This document shows, piece by piece, positions 8,441-17,681 of a stretch of DNA of 54,250 nucleotides (its first letter is position 1; each line of letters begins with the position of its first letter). The position numbers and the translations under genes were made by a program. The notes beneath the pieces were generated by a model. That model saw only the letters and a program-made list of their open reading frames with translations, was not told the DNA's origin and did not search any database. Source of the DNA: Proteobacteria bacterium UBA1148 (lineage in GTDB: Bacteria > Pseudomonadota > Gammaproteobacteria > Steroidobacterales > Rariloculaceae); NCBI GenBank assembly GCA_002311835.1, contig DBZY01000013.1:6664-60913 (forward strand), written 5' to 3'.

Positions 8441-10858
8441 TCACAGTGAGTGTTGCTCACCGCTAACTGGGCAATATTCCTTCGCATGACGATTGCGAAC
8501 AGGCATCAGAGGTTCTACGTTAACCGCCATTGATTTTCTGCTCTTAACTGGTTCCTTGTACAGAGTTGTTCGTTGCTGGGCGAAACGCCCGAGATTTTCA
8601 ACCAAAGCATTCACCTTGTCGGGCGTCAACTCCTGACCGTGACTAGCACCTGCGGCACGAGAAATAGATTCATTCATCAGTGTGCCACCAAGATCATTTG
8701 CACCCGCCTTTAGGCAGTCGGCGGCTCCAGTTGCTCCCAACTTCACCCATGATGTTTGAATATTCCTTACCAGTGGATGAAGTGCCAAGCGCGCAACCGC
8801 GTGCATAAGCAGTGTTTCCCGATAAGTGGGCCCTTTCCGCGCCATTCCTCTTAGATACATAGGCGCCTCCATATGTACAAACGGAAGAGGTACAAATTCC
8901 GTTAGTCCTCCCGTACTCTGCTGTAGATCGCGTATACGTAAAAGGTGTCTTGCCCATGCGCGAGGCGTCTCCATATGCCCAAACATAATGGTCGAGGTCG
9001 TTGGTATACCGAGCCCATGAGCGATACGTATCACGTTAACCCACTCAGCCGTTGATAGCTTATCGGGACAGATAACCCGACGCACATCATCATCTAAGAT
9101 CTCAGCGGCAGTGCCAGGCAGACTACCAAGCCCAGCCTCACGTAATTGCTTCAGAAAAGTCTCAATACTCAAACTGAGTGTTTTAGCCCCGTGCGTAATC
9201 TCCAGCGGAGAAAACGCGTGCACGTGCATCTCGGGCACTGCTTCTTTTACAGCCCGGCAGATCGTCAGGTAGGTATCACCAGTAAATGCTGGATGAATGC
9301 CGCCTTGCAGGCAAACTTCCGTAGCACCCCGGCTCCATGCTTCTTCAGTACGTCGGCAGACCTCATCAAGCTCCAATACATAGGGTTCACCTCGCAAATC
9401 ATCTGTGCTTTTACCTTTGGAGAATGCACAAAAATGGCACTTATACTGACAAACATTCGTGTAATTGATGTTTCTATTGACCACGAAGGTAACGGCATCG
9501 CCACAGGTTTCACGACGGAGGTCGTCAGCACTCTGGCACACAAGATCAAAGTGCTCGCCACGAGCAGCAAACAAAGCTTCGATATCACTCTCAGCCAGAG
9601 ATTCTCCACCCCTCGTTCTACGCAATAACCCAGCGACCCTGCCGCGAGGTATTTGATTCTGCGAACGTTTCTGTAACGAAAAGGGCGTAGGCCCTATTGC
9701 GCCGGGGGACCAATCTTCACAACGCGCGAACCCTTCGCTATCAGAACTCCTCATTACCGGGGTGGAAAGTGCAGGATCAACCCAGTCTTTGCTACGACGC
9801 ACATATTCAGGGTAGATGGTGAGGCGTTGAACCAAAGTTTTACCAGCAGCAGCAGTTCTTTTTCGGAGCACAGATATCTGTGGCCAGGGGGATTCTGGGT
9901 TGACGTGGTCCGGTGTTACGGGAGATACGCCACCCCAATCGTTGATTCCAGCCTTGATCAATTCCGACAAGATCGATGGATTTAGATTTGGTGGCACCTG
10001 AATATTCATCTCGGGGCCGAACAAGTGTCGGGAAATTGCCACCGTCCATAGAAGCTCATCACTATCTGGCGGCTGAACATTTGCCATAATAGTACCCGGC
10101 TTCGGCACGAAGTTTTGGATGATAATCTCTTGCAAATGCCCGTAGCGCTCATGCAATTCCCTGAGTGCTAACAAGCTATCGAGCCGCTCTACTCGAGTTT
10201 CTCCGATGCCGATTAAAATGCCCGAGGTGAACGGAACTTTTGCTTTGCCGGCATTCTCGATAGAAGCAAGCCGGATCTCTGGATTCTTATCTGGCGAACC
10301 GTAGTGAGGCCCACCCGGCTGACACAGTCGCACCGAGGAAGACTCGAGCATCAGTCCCATTGATGGGGAGACAGCGCGCAGCCGCCTATAGTCCTCCAGC
10401 CCCAGCACACCCGGATTCAGATGTGGTAGCAAATCAGTTTCACGTAGCACCAGCTTGGCCATTTTCTCGACATACTCCAACGTCGACTTACAACCCAGAT
10501 CGCTCAGGGCTTCGCGCGCAGCTTTGTAACGGAGTTCGGGTTTATCACCCAAAGTAAATAGCGCTTCCTGACAGCCCTCCGCCTGCGCCGCACGCGCTAT
10601 CTCGAGGACTTGTTCTGGTGAGAGATAGATATTCGTGACGTGCCGGGGAGTCTTCGCATAGGTGCAATAGTGACAAACATCGCGACACAGCATAGTGAGG
10701 GGAATGAATGCCTTACGCGAGTAGCTCACTACATCACCCTTAGCATGATCTCGGAGCACACCTGCAGAGGCAATCAGATCCGAAAGCGGCATGCTTTCGG
10801 TAAGCTCTAATACTTTGGATCGGCTGGGGATTAAGTAAGATTTAATCAGCTCACTCAT
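8441..10858 (-). CDS. fbiC: 7,8-didemethyl-8-hydroxy-5-deazariboflavin (FO) synthase, fused CofG+CofH
   Basis: 805-aa ORF with two radical-SAM CxxxCxxC motifs. CRDVCHYC lies in the N-terminal half (CofG) and CQYKCHFC in the C-terminal half (CofH). Length and domain order match bifunctional FbiC. Confidence 0.9.
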   Translation of the reverse strand: MSELIKSYLIPSRSKVLELTESMPLSDLIASAGVLRDHAKGDVVSYSRKAFIPLTMLCRDVCHYCTYAKTPRHVTNIYLSPEQVLEIARAAQAEGCQEALFTLGDKPELRYKAAREALSDLGCKSTLEYVEKMAKLVLRETDLLPHLNPGVLGLEDYRRLRAVSPSMGLMLESSSVRLCQPGGPHYGSPDKNPEIRLASIENAGKAKVPFTSGILIGIGETRVERLDSLLALRELHERYGHLQEIIIQNFVPKPGTIMANVQPPDSDELLWTVAISRHLFGPEMNIQVPPNLNPSILSELIKAGINDWGGVSPVTPDHVNPESPWPQISVLRKRTAAAGKTLVQRLTIYPEYVRRSKDWVDPALSTPVMRSSDSEGFARCEDWSPGAIGPTPFSLQKRSQNQIPRGRVAGLLRRTRGGESLAESDIEALFAARGEHFDLVCQSADDLRRETCGDAVTFVVNRNINYTNVCQYKCHFCAFSKGKSTDDLRGEPYVLELDEVCRRTEEAWSRGATEVCLQGGIHPAFTGDTYLTICRAVKEAVPEMHVHAFSPLEITHGAKTLSLSIETFLKQLREAGLGSLPGTAAEILDDDVRRVICPDKLSTAEWVNVIRIAHGLGIPTTSTIMFGHMETPRAWARHLLRIRDLQQSTGGLTEFVPLPFVHMEAPMYLRGMARKGPTYRETLLMHAVARLALHPLVRNIQTSWVKLGATGAADCLKAGANDLGGTLMNESISRAAGASHGQELTPDKVNALVENLGRFAQQRTTLYKEPVKSRKSMAVNVEPLMPVRNRHAKEYCPVSGEQHSL

Positions 10859-10873
10859 TCAACTCACCTGTTA

Positions 10874-11641
10874 TTACACTACACCCATCAATTCGCCGAG
10901 TTGAACCCTATACTGCCCAAACTCAGGAACTTCCGGCAATGTCTTGGGATCCCGTGGTCGCGGCAAGTCAATTCGAACCTCTTCAATTATGCGCCCCGGC
11001 CGTTCAGACATCACCAATACACGATCCGAAAGAAATACAGCTTCTGAGATACTGTGAGTAACGAGGACAACCGTTTTCCGTTCAGCCTGCCAGATTCTCA
11101 GTAACTCTACGTTTAGTCGATCTCGGGTCAGAGCGTCTAGAGCACCAAAAGGCTCGTCCATAAGCATCACACGCGGATTACGCATGAGTGCCTGTCCAAT
11201 GGCGACCCTACGTCGCATACCTCCTGATAATTCGTGTGGATGACTTTTCTCAAAGCCCGTGAGACCAAGCATTTCAACCATAGTCTGAACTTGCTCGCGA
11301 AGTTCCTCCGTTGGAATGTTGCTCTCCTCAACACCGAGCCGGAGATTTCCCTCAACGGTTCGCCACGGCAGCAAATTCGCGCGCTGAAAAACAATGCCGA
11401 TGTCATCACTAGGGCCCCGGACAGGCTTGCCCAAAACGGTTGCAGTCCCTTCCTCATGCGGTATGAGCCCACCGATAATTCTCAGCATTGTGCTCTTGCC
11501 ACAGCCACTAGGGCCAAGCACAGCGACAAACTCACGATCAAAAATCTGGCAGCTGATGTTCTGCAAAGCCCTAACGCCCTCCTCTCCCCCAAAAGTCTTG
11601 CCAACCCCGTCGAGAGCAATCGTTACCTCCTCGGTGGACAT
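10874..11641 (-). CDS. ABC transporter ATP-binding protein (NitT/TauT family)
   Basis: 255-aa ORF with Walker A GPSGCGKST, signature LSGGMRRR and Walker B MLMDEPF. Its ATG overlaps the E1-beta stop by 1 nt (TGATG). Confidence 0.9.
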   Translation of the reverse strand: MSTEEVTIALDGVGKTFGGEEGVRALQNISCQIFDREFVAVLGPSGCGKSTMLRIIGGLIPHEEGTATVLGKPVRGPSDDIGIVFQRANLLPWRTVEGNLRLGVEESNIPTEELREQVQTMVEMLGLTGFEKSHPHELSGGMRRRVAIGQALMRNPRVMLMDEPFGALDALTRDRLNVELLRIWQAERKTVVLVTHSISEAVFLSDRVLVMSERPGRIIEEVRIDLPRPRDPKTLPEVPEFGQYRVQLGELMGVV

Positions 11642-12612
11642 CAGGAAAGAACCCTCAGCACTGCCTGGACGACTTTATCTTCCGTTGGTTCAATGTAACG
11701 CTCTAGCGTCTGGCTAAAAGGAACGGGAACATCCTCTGTTGATACGCGCACGATGGGAGCTCGCAGATCAGAAAAGGCTTTTTCGACAACTAATGCAGCA
11801 AACTCTGCGCCCACGCCACAGCGACGATGACACTCATCAACGATCACCAAATAATGGGTCTTTGCGACAGACTCCAGAATCGTATCCTCATCGAGAGGAA
11901 CAAGAGTTCGGGGATCAACTACCTCTGCATCTATACCTTGCTCAGCTAGCGTCTCTGCTGCAGAAAGGGCCAGCTGCACCATAAAAGACGAAGCAAGCAA
12001 AGTGATATCTTTACCGCCCCGTTTGATATCTGCCTGGCCGAAAGGAATCATATAATCGTCCTCCGGAACTGGCCCAATCACATCAAAAAGTCTTGTATGG
12101 TCGACGAAAGCAGTAGGGTTATCGGACTCCGCGGCAGTCTTCAATAGCCCCTTTACATCGTACGGAGATGATGGAGCCATAATTTCCAGTCCCGGCGTAT
12201 TCCACAACATCGCTTGTGGGCTGTGTGAATGTTGAGCTGCTCCACCACCGCGAATCCCATGATTAAAATGAAAAATCATCGGCACCTTGGTCTGCCCGCC
12301 AGTCATATAGTGAATGTTGGCCGCCTCATTAACGATTTGAGGAAACGCCTGAAAGATGAAACTAGCCGTCGCTATGTCGACGATTGGGCGTAAACCCGCA
12401 ATCGCTGCACCAATCGCTGCACCCACGTAGCCAAGTTCTGCAATAGGTGGATAATAGACTCTCCCCGGAAACGAATCTCGCACGTCCGCCATGAGTTCTC
12501 GATGTGAGGTTAATCCCAAAAAGTACTGGCCCATAAGATGAACACGCTCGTCCGCCTCAAGAAGTTCTCTCAATCCCTCTACAAGAGCCTCTGCGTAAAG
12601 GATTTCTCTCAT
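11641..12612 (-). CDS. 2-oxoacid (pyruvate/acetoin-type) dehydrogenase E1 component, beta subunit
   Basis: 323-aa ORF with a transketolase-like pyrimidine-binding plus C-terminal domain pattern. ATGA overlap with the E1 alpha gene. Confidence 0.85.
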   Translation of the reverse strand: MREILYAEALVEGLRELLEADERVHLMGQYFLGLTSHRELMADVRDSFPGRVYYPPIAELGYVGAAIGAAIAGLRPIVDIATASFIFQAFPQIVNEAANIHYMTGGQTKVPMIFHFNHGIRGGGAAQHSHSPQAMLWNTPGLEIMAPSSPYDVKGLLKTAAESDNPTAFVDHTRLFDVIGPVPEDDYMIPFGQADIKRGGKDITLLASSFMVQLALSAAETLAEQGIDAEVVDPRTLVPLDEDTILESVAKTHYLVIVDECHRRCGVGAEFAALVVEKAFSDLRAPIVRVSTEDVPVPFSQTLERYIEPTEDKVVQAVLRVLS

Positions 12613-13646
12613 GGTACTGACCCGCTTTTAGCAAACACCAGATCTAGCGCTGTTTCGGGTTCAGGATAGGGGCTTTCAAGCGCAAAATTCTCTGCAGTAC
12701 GCATTTGATCTTGGACTAATTCGTCAAGCGCAATCACCGTTTCCGGGGTCGCATGACCTTCGTCAATCATCTCCCGTACGAAGCGTAAGACACCATCCTG
12801 TGTAGTATGCCATTCTCGAAATTCTTCAGGAATCACTGTCTCATCCCAAGCCATGCTAAGGTTTGTTTCCCCTGTTACTAGTGCGGGCCACAAAGGCCGA
12901 TTCCCCGGCCAACGAACCGTGCGTGCTTCGATGAACGTCGGCCCCTCCCCGGAGCGGGCTCTATCGATAGCCTCGGTCATTCCATCACGAACTGCCTTTC
13001 CATCGCATCCGTCGATTGTAATAGCCGGAACCCCGAATGGGGCCACCAGATCCGTGAGACGCACGACGGCTAATGTAGAAGAAGGGTATTCACCTGCTTT
13101 CTGGCCTAATGCCTCTAAACTATTGTTTTCACATAAAAATATTAGTGGTAATTTTTCTAGTGCAGCGATATTAATCGACTCGTGATACGAGCCCTCCTCT
13201 AATGCACCGTCACCAAAAAGACACACACTGACGCGATCCGAACCGAGGCGGTCCATTCCGAATGCTGCCCCCGTGGCTAGAGGAGTGCAGCCACCAACAG
13301 CCGCTGACGTTGCCGGAAACCCCAGTTGTGCTGACGCCAAATGCAGTGTTCCGCCTCGCCCACCACAGTAACCAGTGGACTTGCCGAGAATTTCTGCCAG
13401 CATGAGCGCTGGATCGGCGCCACGAGCAAGCAAATGGCCGTGATTGCGATGAGTGGTAAAACACAAATCGCCTGTTTCAAGCAGATCAAGGGCCGCCACA
13501 CCAGTGATTTCCTGACCGACGTACACATGAAAATGCCCAACGTCGATTTTACCCGCCAACTTCACGAGCATTTCTTCAAAGCGCCGGATAGCCAGTGCTT
13601 TTTCCAGCAACCCTAGCAGTACTTTAGTCGACAGAGTCGGTAGCAA
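12609..13646 (-). CDS. 2-oxoacid dehydrogenase E1 component, alpha subunit (TPP-binding)
   Basis: 345-aa ORF with the TPP motif GDGALEEGSYHESINIAALEKLPLIFLCENN. TTG start in the ORF track. Confidence 0.85.
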   Translation of the reverse strand: MLPTLSTKVLLGLLEKALAIRRFEEMLVKLAGKIDVGHFHVYVGQEITGVAALDLLETGDLCFTTHRNHGHLLARGADPALMLAEILGKSTGYCGGRGGTLHLASAQLGFPATSAAVGGCTPLATGAAFGMDRLGSDRVSVCLFGDGALEEGSYHESINIAALEKLPLIFLCENNSLEALGQKAGEYPSSTLAVVRLTDLVAPFGVPAITIDGCDGKAVRDGMTEAIDRARSGEGPTFIEARTVRWPGNRPLWPALVTGETNLSMAWDETVIPEEFREWHTTQDGVLRFVREMIDEGHATPETVIALDELVQDQMRTAENFALESPYPEPETALDLVFAKSGSVP

Positions 13647-13686
13647 TTTGATGGGCCCTCTACCGCAGATTCATTAGTGCAGAAAA

Positions 13687-15429
13687 TTATTGGCGCAGCG
13701 CTTGTGTCTGCTCCCAATCGATGGACCTCGTCTCCAAATCTATGACGACGCGATACGTTTCACGAGCCATCTCTACGGTGATGTACTCATTAACCACATC
13801 GGTCAACACCTTTTCGGGATCTCTTTCTGCAGGATCACCGACTCCACCCCCTCCGCCGCTCAGCTTACCCAGGATCTCGTCGGTCTTTACTTCAACCATC
13901 CGGTGGGTACGAGCCGGAGTGACTTCCTCACCATGTCTCACATACATCTTACAGAGCGGGCCTGGCTCCCCGCCAGCGGCGCCCGGAGGTTGGGTCAGAT
14001 CACCATCCGAACTACCAGTAGCAACACTCACATCACTACCACGATTTTCTACCTCCCAGAGCATTCCTGACCCACCACGCCATCGGCCAGCCCCAGACAA
14101 ATCTGGTACGAAATGGTAGCGAACCGTGCGCCACGGGTACCGAGTCTCAACTTCTTCGACGCTACCTCGCTGAATCGAGCCCAGACCTGACATACCCATA
14201 GCTCCTTCTGCACCATCAAACCCCCACACAGCCCCTGATCCTCCATCAGCATCAGTGGTCGTCTGTACATACCCTTCTCCAGTACGCGGGTCTGTTCCTG
14301 CTAAATAATGGCCTCGACGCCGACCCCAAGAAGCAATGGCTTTCTCAGGCATAGCTTTCGACAGGGCTGACACCGTAGCCTCGAGCACTTGTGTCCCCAC
14401 ATTCACAGGAGATCCTCCAACCGTTGCAGGGTACTGCGCGTTACATACACTGCCTTCAGGGGCGATGAGGGTGATCGGGCGCATGCTCCCCGCGTTATGG
14501 AACGGGGCTAATGCAGGATCAAAAAATAGAAAACTTCCCGCAACAGCTCTGCTGTAAGTCGATGCATAGACGCAATTGACAAAGCCCTTACGCTGCTTGT
14601 CAGACTTTGAAAAATCTAGAATCAGTTCATCGCCCTTAATTGTCGCCTCACACCGCACCCACACCTGCTCATCTAATGTTGTTCCATCGTCGTCGGTGGC
14701 CGATTCACCATAATAGGTGCCGTCAGGCATCTTTGAAATTCCATCCCTAACACTTCGCTCCATTCGGTCCTGCATCTCATCGACGCAATCCAAAATAACG
14801 TCGCGGCCGTACTTCTCTAACATTGCAAGTATCCGGTTCTCACAGACCTGCAACGCGGCCATGAGAGCATAGTTATCGATCCTCACCCCTTCGGGCCAAC
14901 GCACATTACCCCAAAGGAGTTCAAATATATCTGCTCGTTCCTTGCCCCTATCGAAGCACTTAATCGGCGGGATAATCAGGCCTTCGGCATGGATATCATA
15001 TCCGTTGGGAAAGTACCCCCCGGGAAAAGAACCTCCAGTATCCATCTGGTGTCCGCGAGTCAAGGCGACGAAGATAAGTTCCCCCTTATAAAAAATCGGG
15101 CGGAAAAATCCCCAGTCAGGAAGGTGATTACACTGTCCGTGATAGGGGTCATTAGTGACGATGACATCACCGGGGTGAAGATCATCACCAAACTTGTCGA
15201 GGATGTACTCCACTGAAAAATGTTGTGACAAGAACATCGAAGTTGGCCCTTCCGGCACTGCGACCGTCCGCGCACGAGCATCCCAAATCCCCGCAGCCAT
15301 ATCGTGTAACTGTGCAATCAAGTAACTCTGAGCGGTTCTGTCGATCACATGCCTCATCTCCTTGGCGATACTCTGAAAAGCATGCCAAGTGGTAGATAAC
15401 GTGATCGGATCAATATTTCGAGCGCTCAC
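13687..15429 (-). CDS. hyuB: hydantoinase B / oxoprolinase family protein
   Basis: 580-aa ORF. The N-terminal DPITLSTTWHAFQSIAKEM and overall pattern match HyuB/OplB-type subunits. It starts 14 nt after hyuA. Confidence 0.85.
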   Translation of the reverse strand: MSARNIDPITLSTTWHAFQSIAKEMRHVIDRTAQSYLIAQLHDMAAGIWDARARTVAVPEGPTSMFLSQHFSVEYILDKFGDDLHPGDVIVTNDPYHGQCNHLPDWGFFRPIFYKGELIFVALTRGHQMDTGGSFPGGYFPNGYDIHAEGLIIPPIKCFDRGKERADIFELLWGNVRWPEGVRIDNYALMAALQVCENRILAMLEKYGRDVILDCVDEMQDRMERSVRDGISKMPDGTYYGESATDDDGTTLDEQVWVRCEATIKGDELILDFSKSDKQRKGFVNCVYASTYSRAVAGSFLFFDPALAPFHNAGSMRPITLIAPEGSVCNAQYPATVGGSPVNVGTQVLEATVSALSKAMPEKAIASWGRRRGHYLAGTDPRTGEGYVQTTTDADGGSGAVWGFDGAEGAMGMSGLGSIQRGSVEEVETRYPWRTVRYHFVPDLSGAGRWRGGSGMLWEVENRGSDVSVATGSSDGDLTQPPGAAGGEPGPLCKMYVRHGEEVTPARTHRMVEVKTDEILGKLSGGGGGVGDPAERDPEKVLTDVVNEYITVEMARETYRVVIDLETRSIDWEQTQALRQ

Positions 15430-15443
15430 CTTTACGTCCTTTT

Positions 15444-17525
15444 CTAAGTCTTCGAGTTTGGCAATTTTTGGGTCAGCAGATAATTTCGTCGATGATCAAC
15501 AGTACAAGAGAACCTGGGTGGAATGACTACTGTCGTCGTAGTCTCCTCAATAATCGCTGGACCGACAATCTGGTTGCCCGATAATAATTTTTGGCCGTCA
15601 TAAATTGGCGTATCCACCTGTTTACCGCCAAACCAGCACTGGCGCTGACGCTTCAAAGCCGCCGATGCATCCGGACCACCTTCTGCAACACTACTCAAAT
15701 TGAAGGGAGCTTTAGGCATTGTTGCGCGGACTCGAAAGTTTAGAAATTCGACACCTCTCCATCGCATATTAAAGGTATAGAGAGCCTCATGACGTTGGTG
15801 GAAATTCTCTACCACCTCCTCTAAATTCTTGGTTGTAAGAGACCCACTAGGAACATCAACTTCGACCTCATGAAATTGCCCAATATAGCGAAGCTCTGCC
15901 GTGCGTGAATAGACACCATCCTTGGCCGCAACCTGCAGCTCTGCAAAGCCCCCACTCGCCTCGCTCTCCATCTCTTTATACAACCGGCGAACGATATCTA
16001 AATCAATATTTTCGGCCCGCATGATGTGAGAACGGGCGTAGTTGCGTCCGATATCCATAGCGAACATACCAAAAGCTGAGTAAGTCGCTGCAACTGAGGG
16101 GATTACAACATTAGGAATAGCAAGCTGCTCAGCAATGAAGGGAACGTGCACCGGACCGGCACCGCCGCCCGCCACGATTGCCATGTCGCGCAGGTCATAA
16201 CCTCTCCGAGTCGAGACCTCCGTAATTTGATCGGCCATAAAGGCCGCCACCGTTGTCAAAATCGCCTGTGCTGCCTCAGGAGTCGACATACCGAGTGGTT
16301 CTGCGATCCGTGTCGCCACCGCTTCCTCGGCACGCTCTGCATTAAGTGGAATCTCACCTCCTAAGAAAAAATCTGCGGGCACGTAACCCAGAACTAAATC
16401 GGCGTCAGTCACCGTTGGTTCTACCCCGCCTTTGTCGTAACAGGCTGGACCAGGTTCACTACCTGCCGACTGAGGACCAACACGAAGCAGCCCCAGCGAA
16501 TCAATCCACGCAATAGATCCACCGCCAGCACCTGCGGTGTGCACGTCAACCATTTTGATAGCAACTCGCTCATCCTGCACCCAAGCATCGCTTGTCGTCG
16601 GAACCTCCCCCTTCTGAATATGCCCAATATCAATAGAGGTTCCGCCCATATCGAAAGAAATTAAATTATCAAACCCGGCTTCCTGCCCCAGGCTTCTTGC
16701 ACCTGTGGGTGCAGCAGCTGGACCCGAATTGATGAGATACACCACACGCGGGATACAGTAGTCGATGGTTTCTACGAGCCCGTCCGAAAGCATGAGCAGT
16801 AACTTACCTTTGAAACCAGCCTCGTTGATCCGAGTCTCCAAGGCTCTTAAATATCGCTTCACTGCAGGACCGATGTAAGCTGAGACTGCGGCCGTTGAGA
16901 ATCTCTCCCACTCTCTCCAGACCGGCAGAATCTCATGCGAAGTGGCGACGTAAACATCGTCAAGTATTTCTTGCGCAATCTCGGCAGCCCGCTTCTCGTG
17001 ATCAGAATTCGCATATGAATGAAGGAAGCACACTACTAATGATTCCACTCCTTCGTCCTTTAAACGTAGAGCTGCTGCCTTGACATCTCCCTCATTGAGT
17101 TCGGTATGCACTTCTCCGTTGAAAAGCACGCGTTCTTCAACCTCTGTGCGCAGAAAACGCGGAATGAGTGGGTCATAAGGAGGCACGAAAACGTTATACA
17201 TGGACTCACGCACATTCTTGTAGCCACGACGTATCTCCAGGATATCGCGAAAACCTTTGGTTGTAATCATCCCAGTCTTAGCGCCATTCTGGTTAATAAG
17301 CGTATTTGTAGCGAGAGTTGTCCCGTGTATTAACAGCTCAACATCTCCCAAAAACTCTTCCAAAGACTGTTGATAGGCTGTCGCGGCTTTCTCAACCGCA
17401 TTCATGAAACCCACCGAAGGATCAGGATATGTTGTAGGTGCCTTAAACTGATGGAGATTCCCGTCGGAATCCAAAACTAGGCAGTCAGTAAAAGTCCCGC
17501 CGACATCAATACAGATCCTAGACAA
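15444..17525 (-). CDS. hyuA: hydantoinase A / oxoprolinase family protein (ATP-dependent)
   Basis: 693-aa ORF. The N-terminus RICIDVGGTFTD and the internal DMGGTSIDI are ASKHA-fold phosphate motifs typical of HyuA/OplA. TTG start is preceded by AAGAGG. Confidence 0.85.
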   Translation of the reverse strand: MSRICIDVGGTFTDCLVLDSDGNLHQFKAPTTYPDPSVGFMNAVEKAATAYQQSLEEFLGDVELLIHGTTLATNTLINQNGAKTGMITTKGFRDILEIRRGYKNVRESMYNVFVPPYDPLIPRFLRTEVEERVLFNGEVHTELNEGDVKAAALRLKDEGVESLVVCFLHSYANSDHEKRAAEIAQEILDDVYVATSHEILPVWREWERFSTAAVSAYIGPAVKRYLRALETRINEAGFKGKLLLMLSDGLVETIDYCIPRVVYLINSGPAAAPTGARSLGQEAGFDNLISFDMGGTSIDIGHIQKGEVPTTSDAWVQDERVAIKMVDVHTAGAGGGSIAWIDSLGLLRVGPQSAGSEPGPACYDKGGVEPTVTDADLVLGYVPADFFLGGEIPLNAERAEEAVATRIAEPLGMSTPEAAQAILTTVAAFMADQITEVSTRRGYDLRDMAIVAGGGAGPVHVPFIAEQLAIPNVVIPSVAATYSAFGMFAMDIGRNYARSHIMRAENIDLDIVRRLYKEMESEASGGFAELQVAAKDGVYSRTAELRYIGQFHEVEVDVPSGSLTTKNLEEVVENFHQRHEALYTFNMRWRGVEFLNFRVRATMPKAPFNLSSVAEGGPDASAALKRQRQCWFGGKQVDTPIYDGQKLLSGNQIVGPAIIEETTTTVVIPPRFSCTVDHRRNYLLTQKLPNSKT

Positions 17526-17615
17526 GACCTCTTACCTCTCTGATTGATCGGTGGTACACACCGAACTCAATTCCACGTGTACGGACCAACCCTACATGTT
17601 TCCTTATCGCACCAA

Positions 17616-17651
17616 GGATTGTATCCTATATAAGAGTTTTGTATACAATCC
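17616..17651. promoter_or_regulatory. candidate GntR/FadR-type operator in the divergent hyuA / hydrolase control region
   Basis: A perfect 9-bp inverted repeat, GGATTGTAT-N18-ATACAATCC. The right arm contains the perfect palindrome TTGTATACAA (17639..17648), which fits the GT-Nx-AC core of GntR-family boxes. A GntR gene sits in the downstream operon. Confidence 0.5.
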
Positions 17652-17681
17652 TGACAACCCAGAAAATTAAGGAAGAAGACT

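Noticed and set aside
9146-9628. 160-aa plus-strand ORF inside fbiC, with further shadow ORFs at 9265..9609 and 9465..9656.
   Set aside because: It is antisense or out of frame to the radical-SAM CofH half, whose CxxxCxxC motif and collinearity fix the real frame.
11234-11717. 154-aa and 107-aa plus-strand ORFs spanning the ABC ATPase / E1-beta junction.
   Set aside because: They lie opposite two well-supported, translationally coupled genes. No motifs are present and the composition is shadow-ORF-like.
13690-14119. 126-aa and 132-aa plus-strand ORFs at the 3' end of hyuB.
   Set aside because: They are antisense to a full-length HyuB homolog. The Pro/Ser-rich translations are typical of reverse-frame artefacts.
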